NCBI GenBank assembly: GCA_035636885.1
Contig: DASPYG010000019.1
Coordinates: 328 to 64,327, forward strand
Length of the DNA stretch: 64,000 nucleotides
Direction of reading: 5' to 3'
Source: Candidatus Nitrosopolaris sp.
GTDB taxonomy: Bacteria; Chloroflexota; Dormibacteria; Dormibacterales; Dormibacteraceae
Below, piece after piece: positions 15,787 through 24,489 of the stretch; positions within the stretch are counted from its first letter, which is position 1; each line of letters starts with the position of its first letter. The position numbers were made by a program, and so were the translations under genes. The notes below the pieces were generated by a model, which had not been told where the DNA came from, did not search any database, and worked only from the letters and a program-made list of their open reading frames with translations.

Positions 15787-17043
15787 ATGGCGGTCGAAAC
15801 GCGCTCCTCCGCTTTCCAGACCGCCCAGCGCCGCTTCGATGCCGCGGCCGACGTCATCGGCCTCACCGACGATGTCCGCCGCGGCCTCCGTGAGGTCAAG
15901 CGCGAGCTCACGGTCCACTTCCCGGTGCACATGGACGACGGCTCGGTGCATGTCTTCACCGGCTGGCGCGTGCAGCACAACATCAGCCGCGGGCCGGCCA
16001 AGGGCGGCATTCGGTATCACCCGGACGTAGACCTCGACCTCGTCAAGGCGCTGGCGATGCTCATGACCTGGAAGTGCTCGGCGGTCGGCCTTCCGTACGG
16101 CGGCTCAAAGGGGGCCGTCGCCGTCAATCCAAGCAAGCTTTCGATTAGCGAGCTCGAGCACCTCACCCGGCGATACGCGACCGAGATCGCCATCCTGATC
16201 GGCCCGGAGAAGGACATACCGGCGCCGGATGTGGGCACCAACCCCCAGGTGATGGCGTGGATCATGGACACGATCTCGATGCATTCCGGCCACTCAGTTC
16301 CGGCCGCGGTGACGGGCAAACCAGTCGACGTTGGCGGCTCGGAGGGTCGCGTCGACGCGCCCGGGCGAGGCGCCACCTACCTGACGCTCGAAGCCATCAA
16401 ATACCTCCACGTCGAGGACGAGACGCCGACCGTTGCCGTGCAGGGTTACGGCCAGGTCGGCCGCTCGGCTGCCCGCCTCCTGACGGAAGCCGGCCTCAAG
16501 GTCGTCGCGGTAAGCGACTCGAAGGGCGGCGTCTACAACCCGAACGGGCTCGACCTCCCCGCACTCGACGAGCACAAGCAGGTCCGCGGCGGCGTCACGG
16601 GCTTCAAGAAAGCGGACAACATCACCAACGCGGAGCTCCTCGAGCTGCCTGTGACAGTGCTGGTGCCTGCGGCGACTCAGGACGTCATCACGGCGCACAA
16701 CGCTCCGCGGATCCGGGCGCGCCTGATCACCGAAGGTGCCAACGCAGCGGTGACGCCCGACGCCGATCCCATCCTCAACGACCGCGGCGTATTCCTGATC
16801 CCAGACATCATCGCCAACGCAGGCGGCGTGATCGTTTCCTACTTCGAGTGGGTGCAGGACCTCCAAGCTTTCTTCTGGGAGGAGGAGGAGATCAACACGA
16901 AGCTGCACCACATCATCACGCGCGCGTTCTACGACATCCTTCATACCTCGGTGAACAAGCGCATCGACATGCGTCTGGCCGCGTACGCGATCGCCGTGCA
17001 GCGGGTAGCCAACGCGACGATGGTTCGGGGCATATATCCATAA
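15787..17043 (+). CDS. gdhA: Glutamate dehydrogenase
   Basis: KGGIRYHPDVDLDLVKALAMLMTWKCSAVGLPYGGSKGAV (catalytic Lys region) and Rossmann VAVQGYGQVG. Confidence 0.93.
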   Translation: MAVETRSSAFQTAQRRFDAAADVIGLTDDVRRGLREVKRELTVHFPVHMDDGSVHVFTGWRVQHNISRGPAKGGIRYHPDVDLDLVKALAMLMTWKCSAVGLPYGGSKGAVAVNPSKLSISELEHLTRRYATEIAILIGPEKDIPAPDVGTNPQVMAWIMDTISMHSGHSVPAAVTGKPVDVGGSEGRVDAPGRGATYLTLEAIKYLHVEDETPTVAVQGYGQVGRSAARLLTEAGLKVVAVSDSKGGVYNPNGLDLPALDEHKQVRGGVTGFKKADNITNAELLELPVTVLVPAATQDVITAHNAPRIRARLITEGANAAVTPDADPILNDRGVFLIPDIIANAGGVIVSYFEWVQDLQAFFWEEEEINTKLHHIITRAFYDILHTSVNKRIDMRLAAYAIAVQRVANATMVRGIYP

Positions 17044-17050
17044 TCTGGGG

Positions 17051-18130
17051 GTGACCCCTCCAGCCCTCGTTTCGCACACGCCCCGGCGCGTCCTCATCAC
17101 CGGCGTCTCGAATCCACTTGGCGCGGAGGTCGCCCGACGGCTCTCCGCAAAGGTGCCGATGCTGTTCGGATGCGACGTCGCCGATCCGCTGAGTGCGGTC
17201 GAGGCGATGGACTTCGTGCATGCGGACACCAGGCATGCCGTAATCGGCAAGCTGGTGCGCCAGCTGCACATCGACACCGTCGTCCACATGGCGGTCAAGG
17301 TGGACTCGCACGGCGATGACAGGACCGCGCACGAAACCAACGTGATCGGGACGATGAACGTCCTCACGGGCTGTGCGGGACCGTCGAGCCCGGTCAGACG
17401 GCTCGTGGTGAAATCGAGCCAGGCTTTGTATGGGGGATCGCCGGCCGATCCGTCATTCGTCACCGAGGAGATGGCGGGGTCGGAGCGCCACGTGTACGGG
17501 CTCAAGCGCGACCTCGTCGAGATGGAGCAGCTCACACAGGAGTTCTCGCTCCGCACCCCCGGCTGCAGGGTCTGCATCCTGCGTATCGGGTATCGCGTGG
17601 GTGAGGGCACCACCCTCGGACAGTACCTATCACTGCCCATCGTGCCCACCTTCGCCGGTTTCGATCCACGCCTGCAGCTGCTCCACGAGGATGACGCTGC
17701 CGAGGCGGTCGTGCGCGCCACGCTCCAGGGCCACGAAGGTGTGTTCAACGTCGCCGGCGACGGCATCGTCCTCCTCAGCCAGGCGATCGGGATCATGGGT
17801 GGCAAGGCCGCACCCATGCTGCCGTTTTACGGCCGCTGGGTTGGACGCCTCGCGTTGCGCCTGATCGGGGTCGAGCTGCCCGCTCACCTCGCCGAGGTGC
17901 TCACGTTCGGTTCGGTCGCCGACTGCTCACGGCTTTGGCGAACTTTTGGCTGGAAGCCCGCATACAGCACGCGAGCGGTGATGGACAGCCTCGCGCGCGG
18001 CAAGGACGCCGAGGTGATCGAGTCCCCCTCACCGCCGCAGGAGTACGAGCTCCAGGTGTACCTCCAGCGGCGCCGCAGGCGGGCCGGCAACGGACAGCGT
18101 GGCACGCCCACGTTGATGCTGCGGCCGTGA
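17051..18130 (+). CDS. NAD-dependent epimerase/dehydratase (SDR) family protein
   Basis: RVLITGVSNPLGAEVARRL Rossmann-like N-terminus. GTG start. Confidence 0.65.
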   Translation: MTPPALVSHTPRRVLITGVSNPLGAEVARRLSAKVPMLFGCDVADPLSAVEAMDFVHADTRHAVIGKLVRQLHIDTVVHMAVKVDSHGDDRTAHETNVIGTMNVLTGCAGPSSPVRRLVVKSSQALYGGSPADPSFVTEEMAGSERHVYGLKRDLVEMEQLTQEFSLRTPGCRVCILRIGYRVGEGTTLGQYLSLPIVPTFAGFDPRLQLLHEDDAAEAVVRATLQGHEGVFNVAGDGIVLLSQAIGIMGGKAAPMLPFYGRWVGRLALRLIGVELPAHLAEVLTFGSVADCSRLWRTFGWKPAYSTRAVMDSLARGKDAEVIESPSPPQEYELQVYLQRRRRRAGNGQRGTPTLMLRP

Positions 18131-19179
18131 CGGTTGTGCGCGCGGACTCGCTCGACACGCGCGAGCTGCGCCGGCGCAGCCGCAGGGCGAAGGTCGTGAC
18201 CCCGCCGCCCAGCCCGCGCTTGCGCGTGCCGCGGCCGATTCGCCGCCTGCAGCGGCAGGCGCCGATGTACGCGTTGCAGGGTTTGAGCGGGCTGTCCTCC
18301 CGGCTGCGCGACATCACGGGTCGCGAGATCCTCGACATGAATCGTGTCATGGAGATCGTCCAGTTCTTGTATCAGCAGCGCGCGCTTGCGAATAGAGGCC
18401 CCGACTACGCGGTCGACGAATTCGGTTTCGATGCGGAGTGGACCGAGTCGCTGCTGACGGTGTTCAAGGCGGTTTACCGCGATTACTGGCGCGTGGAGAC
18501 CACCGGGATCGAGAACGTCCCCGCGTCCGGTCGCGCGCTGCTCGTCGCCAACCACGCAGGCGTCCTCCCGTGGGACGGCACCATGATCAAAACGGCGATC
18601 TTCGCCGAGCATCCCCATCCGCGCCACGTGCGCGCGCTGGTCGCGAGCCTTTTCATGGGCATGCCGATGATCGGCTGGTTTCTGCGCAGGACGGGGCAGA
18701 CAGTGGGGCATCCGGACGACACGCGCCGGCTGCTTGATCGCGACGAACTTGTGCTCGTGTTTCCGGAAGGGGTCAAGGGAACCGGCAAACAATTCAAGGA
18801 TCGTTATCGGCTGCGGCGATTTGGTCGCGGAGGGTTCGTCGGCACCGCCATCCGCGCCGGCGCGCCCATCATCCCCGTCTCGGTGGTCGGATCCGAGGAG
18901 ATCTATCCGATGGTTGCCGACGCATCGCCGATCGCGAGACTGTTTGGGCTGCCTTACTTCCCGATCACGCCGACGTGGCCGTGGCTCGGCGTGATCGGGA
19001 TGATTCCGCTGCCAAGCAAGTGGCGGATCCATTTCCATGCGCCCGTGCACACTGAGCTGCTCGCGCCAGAATCGGCTGACGACCAGAGTCTGGTCATGAC
19101 CATCTCAGACGACGTGCGCGACACGATCCAGAAAGGCGTCTACGACAACCTGAAGCTGCGGCGAGGTGTTTTCGTCTAG
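18127..19179 (+). CDS. PlsC-family (lysophospholipid/1-acylglycerol-3-phosphate-type) acyltransferase
   Basis: LLVANHAGVLPWDG, LVLVFPEGVKGTGK and PIIPVSVVGSEE. I chose the GTG at 18127, which overlaps the upstream stop (GTGA). The earlier part of the track ORF overlaps the preceding gene. Confidence 0.75.
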   Translation: MTVVRADSLDTRELRRRSRRAKVVTPPPSPRLRVPRPIRRLQRQAPMYALQGLSGLSSRLRDITGREILDMNRVMEIVQFLYQQRALANRGPDYAVDEFGFDAEWTESLLTVFKAVYRDYWRVETTGIENVPASGRALLVANHAGVLPWDGTMIKTAIFAEHPHPRHVRALVASLFMGMPMIGWFLRRTGQTVGHPDDTRRLLDRDELVLVFPEGVKGTGKQFKDRYRLRRFGRGGFVGTAIRAGAPIIPVSVVGSEEIYPMVADASPIARLFGLPYFPITPTWPWLGVIGMIPLPSKWRIHFHAPVHTELLAPESADDQSLVMTISDDVRDTIQKGVYDNLKLRRGVFV

Positions 19180-20104
19180 TCCGCCCCCCGCCGAGGGCGT
19201 GCGGGTCCACTGGGAGCAGCTGCCGCAATCGATAAGGCACGCGATCGAGCAGCGCATCGGCGATCGCGTGGTGCGATCTGTGACCCAGCCGGGCGGATTC
19301 TCGCCTGGCCTGGCGGCGCGCCTCACCACGGCCGGCGGTCGGGACGTTTTCGTCAAGGCGGTGAGCGAGCTGGCCAACCCCGACACGCCGGGCATGCATC
19401 GGCGCGAAGCTGAGGTGGTGGCTGCGCTGCCGCCCGAGGCGCCGGTGCCCCGCCTGTTGTGGACCTTCGATGAAGGCGGCTGGGTGGCGCTCGGCTTCGA
19501 GGCGATCGGCGGCCACGCGCCCGCTCAGCCATGGCGCGAGGACGAGCTGCGCTTTGTAATCGCGGGCGTTCATCGGCTCCATGAGCTCCTCACGCCGTCG
19601 CCCATCGCGAGCGAGACCGCCGCGCATGTCCTCGCGACACATATCAAAGGATGGCGCGACCTCCAGGATGCGGGCGGGCTGGATCCCTGGCCGGGACGCA
19701 ACATCGACCGCCTGTTGGCTCTGGAGGCGGCGGCCCCTGAAGCAGTGGCAGGCGACACCTTGCTCCATTTCGACATTCGCGCCGACAACATGCTCATCGC
19801 AGGTGACAAGGTCTATTTCGTCGACTGGCCGTGGGCGCGAATCGGCGCGCCGTTCGTGGAGTGGGTCGCGTTTGCGCCGTCGGTCTTCATGCAGGGAGGC
19901 CCGCAGCCTCAGGCGGTGCTGCGCATGGCCGGCCTGAGAGTCGCGGATGATGCGCTCAACGCCGTCATCGCCTCACTCGCCGGCTACTTCCTGGCCTACG
20001 CTCGCCGTCCGCCGCCGCCCGGCATACCGACGGTGAGGGCCTTCCAGGCCGCGCAGGGTGAGATCACGCTCGCATGGCTTCGAGAGCGGACAGGCTGGAG
20101 CTAG
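19166..20104 (+). CDS. Aminoglycoside/choline-kinase-like phosphotransferase (APH family)
   Basis: LLHFDIRADNMLI (HxDxxxxN catalytic loop) and YFVDWPWARIG (Mg-binding D). Confidence 0.75.
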   Translation: MFSSSPPPAEGVRVHWEQLPQSIRHAIEQRIGDRVVRSVTQPGGFSPGLAARLTTAGGRDVFVKAVSELANPDTPGMHRREAEVVAALPPEAPVPRLLWTFDEGGWVALGFEAIGGHAPAQPWREDELRFVIAGVHRLHELLTPSPIASETAAHVLATHIKGWRDLQDAGGLDPWPGRNIDRLLALEAAAPEAVAGDTLLHFDIRADNMLIAGDKVYFVDWPWARIGAPFVEWVAFAPSVFMQGGPQPQAVLRMAGLRVADDALNAVIASLAGYFLAYARRPPPPGIPTVRAFQAAQGEITLAWLRERTGWS

Positions 20105-20682
20105 AAGTACAGCTCTTCGGCGATCGCCGACTGATGCAGGTACAGCAGGCCGCCCGGCACGATCACCGAGAGGGCCGGCGTGACCGCGGAAAACTTGATC
20201 ACTACAAGGACCTGGAGGCCATGAGTCGAGCTTCCATCCTGGGGCCGCATCCCCCACGGTCCGTAAGACATGCACGACCCGATGTCGCCGCCGCCGCTCA
20301 ACTGGCAGGCGCGCACCGAGAAGCAGGCGTATTGCGTTCCGCTGAACGCGCCCGCGGTGCATCCACTGACGTCACCGCAGGTCGCGCCGGCACTCGTGCA
20401 GACGCCGTTGGCCTGACCGGGTCCCTCCGCGCCCCAGGCGGCGACGGTGTCTGGAATGCCCGTGTTGGGCTCGGCGCGAACGGCCGAGCCGATGTCGCTG
20501 GTGTCGCTGATGATGCCCATGCGAGCGCCGGCTCGCGCGGCGCCAGCGGCGTCGACGGCCTGGAAGTACGCGCGGCCGACGTCCACCGTCAGGAGCACGA
20601 ACAGCAGCAGCACTGGGGTCAGGAGGCAGAACTCGACCAGCGCCTGACCCGACTGGCCGCGGCGCAAGGTCAAGAAGCTCAC
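20101..20682 (-). CDS. TadE-like pseudopilin-type protein, Cys-rich
   Basis: N-terminal GQALVEFCLLTPVLLLFVLLTVDVGRAY (TadE motif). The mature part has 9 Cys. The GTG start overlaps the upstream stop (GTGA). Confidence 0.75.
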   Translation of the reverse strand: MSFLTLRRGQSGQALVEFCLLTPVLLLFVLLTVDVGRAYFQAVDAAGAARAGARMGIISDTSDIGSAVRAEPNTGIPDTVAAWGAEGPGQANGVCTSAGATCGDVSGCTAGAFSGTQYACFSVRACQLSGGGDIGSCMSYGPWGMRPQDGSSTHGLQVLVVIKFSAVTPALSVIVPGGLLYLHQSAIAEELYF

Positions 20683-23132
20683 TGGACCAGCGACACGGAA
20701 CCAACGGTCTCGGTCCCACCCGCGGGCAGCCCTGTGTTCTTGAAGGTGTAGTTGGCGATGTCGTAGTCGCCGCAGTGGTCACCGTCAGTGGTGAAGATGG
20801 AGATGGCGACGTAGTTTCCGCTTGGGTTCGGGAACGTGTACAGCACCTGTGCCGTGTAGTTGCCCGAGTTGGCGTTGGGGATGTCGCTCTGGTGGCCCCA
20901 CGTCCAGCTGCCCTTGACCTCGATCTGTGCGCCCCCGCTGTTGGGGATGTTGTAGAGCCAGTCGGGCGGGTTCATCGACTTGATCACGTAGGCGCCTGGG
21001 ACCGACGAGCTCGGATAGGCCGGATTCTGGTCGCCGGGGTTGTTGCCAGGCGGTGGCAGCGGGGAGCCAGGACCAGGCGTCGACGTCCAGATGCCCTGTG
21101 AGAAGAAGATCGGGCTGCCGTTGTTGACCTTGATATAGACGTCGTATGCGTCCATCGACCATTCGTCGGTGTAGTTGACCGTCAGGGTCGAGTAGTTGGG
21201 CTGGCCGGCGGCGGCCGTCAGCGAAACGCTGCTGATGATCGACGTCTCGTTCTTGCCGCTGGTGGCGATGCCTGGCAGCGAGGACGATCCATAACCGCTC
21301 TGGAAATCCATGTTTCCGCTGCCACCGAAGGCCGTGAAGCTGTAGGCCAGAACCTGTCCCTGCAGCGCGGAATTGCCCCCGCCGGTGGTCATGCCCATGT
21401 TCACCTCCACCCCGCCGCCCGTTGCGGCGGAAGTCTGGTAGATCACGCCGGTCAATCCGTTGTTGCTCGAGGCATGGGCGTCGATGTGGATGAAGGAGCT
21501 GTTCTCCTCGTCCAGCAGCAGGGGAGATCCATTGACCGCAGCCAAGGCGCCGACAGCGGCACCCGAGAGCGTCAGGCCTGTGACCTCATTCGTCGAGACA
21601 AAGCCGCCCGTCTCGAGCAGGAAGACCGCTCCGCTGCCAGTAACGACCGTGGCGTCGCCGCCGCCGCCGCTGCTGCCGCCGCCAACGCTGCCCAGGCAGG
21701 TGCCGGAGGTCGGCGGCACGTAAGCGCCGAAGTTGCCGCCGCCGTGTCCGATCCACACGCCCGCGGTGAGGCTCGGGCACGAGTTGGGCAAACCGCCTGT
21801 GCACAGATCGAAGTCGACCGCCGTCTCTTTGCTGTGGTCGATCCCGTTCGCGTTGTAGCCGGCGCCCGTGGCGGTGTTGACGGGAGCGACGCCTGTGACG
21901 TCGTAAAGGCCAGGGTCGAACTCATACGTGCCGTGGTTGATGGCAATGAACCCGTAGATCCCGGGCTTGACCAGGTACGGCTCCTGCGGGTCGGTGCACG
22001 GACTGCTCACCGGCCCGCCGTTCAGCACCAGCGAGCCGCATGACTTCAGCCCCACAGTGCTGACGGTGGGCCTCCAGTATGACTGCGGTTGGAACGCGCT
22101 CTGGCTCGCGTCGATCTCCTGCGGCGAGGCCTGACCGGTCGTGTTGCAGGGCGTGACGATCGCCGCGCCGGCGCCGAATTTCGAACAGTAGACAGTCGAG
22201 CCACCCTGCGTTGCAAAGCCCCTCCCGCCGACCACGGCGTTCTTGGCGCAGGCCCCGCCTGCATAGGGATCGCAGATTGTGGTGCGCTGCTGGATGACCA
22301 TGTCGCCGTTCGACTGCACGGCGGTCAGGTCGGCCGCTGGGGTCAGGGTCGAGCCGTCGAAGCCATAGATGCTCACGCTGGCTGTTGCCCAGAAGGTCGG
22401 GCAGTGGTTGGTTCCGCCGGTGCACGCGAGCTGCGCGCGCCCTACGGGCTTGGTCTCGTCGAAGCACTGCTGGCTCGCCGTGATGCAACCCGCCTGAGGC
22501 TCGTACAGGACCAACGCGTTCGGAGGCGGGGTGTCGAAGGCCGAGGCCGGCAGAGTGACCTCGGCCGTGGCCGCCACCGTCACATAGGCGCTGTTGATGC
22601 CAAGGATGTTCGTGAACAGCTGCGGTATGCCGGTGCTGATCGCCACCTGGAGGCAGGCGTACTGCCCCTGCCCCGAGCAGCCCGTCGGCACCGGGTAGCC
22701 GGCAAATCCGACTGGTGGCGAGTTGATGGTCACCTTGTTCGTGAAGCCGGTCGTGGCGCTGCACGGGAGCCCGCTGACGTCGAACCACGTGGCGGTGAAG
22801 GTCCCGCCGCCTGACACATCGCAGCGGTTCGCGTAGATGGTTGAGAAACCGTTGTTGGCCGCGAAGTCGTGCGCGACTTTGACCGGGTTCGAGTTGGGCG
22901 CCAGCGGGCCGCTGAGGTTGCCGGAGAGGGAAAGCTGCTTGGCCGCGGCCAGGGTCGCGAAGTCGGCCGCGTTCTGAGCCTGTCGCTTGACGAGGTAGTC
23001 GCGACTGGAGTCGATCGCCAATCCCGCGAGGCCGCACATGAGCAGGAAAGCGATGGCCGCTATAGGCAGCAGCTGGCCAGACTGTCTCCTGCGAGAGCCA
23101 TCGAGCATCAGCGACCTGATGAGACTCGTCAC
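20679..23132 (-). CDS. Large TadG-like (Tad/PF13400-type N-terminus) secreted Cys-rich protein
   Basis: RRRQSGQLLPIAAIAFLLMCGLAGLAIDSSRDYLVKRQAQNAADFATLAAAKQL is a TadE/G-like N-terminus. The ~750-aa G/T/S/N-rich remainder has more than 20 mostly paired Cys. GTG 23132 overlaps the upstream stop (GTGA); ATG 23108 is an alternative start. Confidence 0.75.
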   Translation of the reverse strand: MTSLIRSLMLDGSRRRQSGQLLPIAAIAFLLMCGLAGLAIDSSRDYLVKRQAQNAADFATLAAAKQLSLSGNLSGPLAPNSNPVKVAHDFAANNGFSTIYANRCDVSGGGTFTATWFDVSGLPCSATTGFTNKVTINSPPVGFAGYPVPTGCSGQGQYACLQVAISTGIPQLFTNILGINSAYVTVAATAEVTLPASAFDTPPPNALVLYEPQAGCITASQQCFDETKPVGRAQLACTGGTNHCPTFWATASVSIYGFDGSTLTPAADLTAVQSNGDMVIQQRTTICDPYAGGACAKNAVVGGRGFATQGGSTVYCSKFGAGAAIVTPCNTTGQASPQEIDASQSAFQPQSYWRPTVSTVGLKSCGSLVLNGGPVSSPCTDPQEPYLVKPGIYGFIAINHGTYEFDPGLYDVTGVAPVNTATGAGYNANGIDHSKETAVDFDLCTGGLPNSCPSLTAGVWIGHGGGNFGAYVPPTSGTCLGSVGGGSSGGGGDATVVTGSGAVFLLETGGFVSTNEVTGLTLSGAAVGALAAVNGSPLLLDEENSSFIHIDAHASSNNGLTGVIYQTSAATGGGVEVNMGMTTGGGNSALQGQVLAYSFTAFGGSGNMDFQSGYGSSSLPGIATSGKNETSIISSVSLTAAAGQPNYSTLTVNYTDEWSMDAYDVYIKVNNGSPIFFSQGIWTSTPGPGSPLPPPGNNPGDQNPAYPSSSVPGAYVIKSMNPPDWLYNIPNSGGAQIEVKGSWTWGHQSDIPNANSGNYTAQVLYTFPNPSGNYVAISIFTTDGDHCGDYDIANYTFKNTGLPAGGTETVGSVSLVQ

Positions 23133-23737
23133 TCGACCGTGATCACGCTGACGGTTTTCACCGTGATTCCGTTGGTGAGCTGAGCGATGAACGGAGTCAC
23201 CGCGACGAAGTGGTACTGCACCTCGACGGCAACGTGCTTCACGGATTGGCTCACAGCCCGTGGCTGGGCGGAATTGCAATTGGCGTCAGGAGGATTAGCC
23301 GTCGCCACTGCGGGCCAGATGTATGCGTACCCGACGTTGGGCGGCGGCGTGCTGGGCTGCAGCGCACCGCTGGGATTGTTGGGGTCACTGTCTCCGACGA
23401 GGGAGTTGGGATCCATCCTGACCGGGAATCCCTGGCCGACCAGCTCGACCTCCTGGATGATCTGGCAGTCGCTGTAGATCGCGGTCTGAAACGACGCCGT
23501 CCGCGCGCCATCGCGCGCCGCTGATGAGATGGCTGTATATGCGTATAGCAGGCGGCTGATATCGATCGCCGCGAAGATCACGACCAGAAAAATGGGCGCG
23601 ACCATGGAGAACTCGACGAGCGCCTGGCTGCGCTGCGAACGTCGCCATAGCCAGAGCGCGCGAAAGGCTGCGCGTATCCGGGCCACCATTCCTCTCGACA
23701 CGCCTAACGAACCAGTGGCGCGCAGGCTTGCTCGCAA
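23129..23737 (-). CDS. TadE-like pseudopilin-type protein
   Basis: SQALVEFSMVAPIFLVVIFAAIDISRLLYAY. The start may be the internal ATG at 23689 (MVARIR...). Confidence 0.75.
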   Translation of the reverse strand: MRASLRATGSLGVSRGMVARIRAAFRALWLWRRSQRSQALVEFSMVAPIFLVVIFAAIDISRLLYAYTAISSAARDGARTASFQTAIYSDCQIIQEVELVGQGFPVRMDPNSLVGDSDPNNPSGALQPSTPPPNVGYAYIWPAVATANPPDANCNSAQPRAVSQSVKHVAVEVQYHFVAVTPFIAQLTNGITVKTVSVITVE

Positions 23738-23829
23738 GATTCCGACTTTCGCGAGTTCGAATACGAAACATGTCGGCTGCGAAGTGATTCGGACAGTCCG
23801 AAGCTGAAGTGCTGCTTAAGCCGGCGTTT

Positions 23830-24252
23830 CTACTTCACAACTGGAATCGGCGGTGTCGGTTCCGGTTCTTCGATGATGTCGAGCGCGCTCGCCTGGCTGA
23901 TCCAGTACTGCACATCGGACCGGCTCGGCGCACCAGCGAGCCCTAGCGCGTCCGCGAGCTTTCGGTGAAGGTCGTCTGCGTCCTGCGCCCCCAGGTCCTT
24001 GATTGTCTCGACTCCGAGCATTCGCACCGTATGCAGGTGGCGCTCCATACCGGAGATCTCCATGAGCATGCATTGGTGCGCGAACTCGAGCAGGCGCTCG
24101 GTCGAAATTCCAGTGCGCTTGGACAAGCGCCTGCGGTCGACCTCGAGCGATGTCTTGTGGACGAGCTGATTGGTGTGGTTGATGCCGACCGCACGCAGCC
24201 GCCGGACATCGGAGTCGGAGATGCCTCGCAGATACTCGAGGGTCCGGTACAC
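23830..24252 (-). CDS. DUF4332-like helix-hairpin-helix protein (hypothetical)
   Basis: This is the C-terminal 140 aa of the 618-aa track ORF; the rest is antisense to guaB3. Sequence: YRTLEYLRGISDSDVRRLRAVGINHTNQLV...LEISGMERHLHTVRMLGVETIKDLG. I chose the GTG at 24252. Family call is from memory. Confidence 0.5.
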   Translation of the reverse strand: MYRTLEYLRGISDSDVRRLRAVGINHTNQLVHKTSLEVDRRRLSKRTGISTERLLEFAHQCMLMEISGMERHLHTVRMLGVETIKDLGAQDADDLHRKLADALGLAGAPSRSDVQYWISQASALDIIEEPEPTPPIPVVK

Positions 24253-24265
24253 ATGTACAGGATAT

Positions 24266-24408
24266 TGGTTGGTGGATCTCCCCACCCGGCCGCGCGCTTT
24301 GCGCGCAGCCGACCTCCCCACAGGTGGGGAGGTGACCTGGTTGGTGGATCTCCCACCCGGCCGCGCGCTTCGCGCGCCGCCTACGTCCCCACAGGTGGGG
24401 AGGTTACG
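24266..24408. repeat. Two tandem ~72-nt units, each built of three GC hairpins
   Basis: Unit 1 (24266-24337) is TGGTTGGTGGATCTCCCCACCCGGCCGCGCGCTTTGCGCGCAGCCGACCTCCCCACAGGTGGGGAGGTGACC. Unit 2 (24338-24408) is near-identical. Hairpins are GGTGG/CCACC, GCGCGC-TTT-GCGCGC and CCTCCCCAC-AG-GTGGGGAGG. Confidence 0.85.
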
Positions 24409-24415
24409 TATCTCA

Positions 24416-24421
24416 TATAAT
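24416..24421 (+). promoter_or_regulatory. Candidate -10 box TATAAT upstream of guaB3
   Basis: Exact TATAAT ~70 nt upstream of the GTG at 24490, immediately after the tandem repeat. No convincing -35. Confidence 0.25.
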
Positions 24422-24489
24422 TTGTCGCACCCCGCCGCCATTGGAGTAAGCACAGCCTGAATCAGAGCCGGCTCGCAACCCGCGACGCA

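Noticed and set aside
16294-19050. Long minus-strand ORFs 16294-17817 (507 aa) and 17884-19050 (388 aa)
   Set aside because: They lie antisense to the well-supported gdh, epimerase and acyltransferase genes. They are Arg/Asp/His-rich, low-complexity translations without motifs.
23738-23829. Missing Flp pilin gene upstream of the Tad-like operon
   Set aside because: The 92-nt gap is too short and contains no ORF with a Flp-type motif. No Flp-like small ORF was seen elsewhere in the window.
24266-24408. Possible CRISPR array
   Set aside because: There are only two directly abutting units with no unique spacers between them, and no cas genes in the window.
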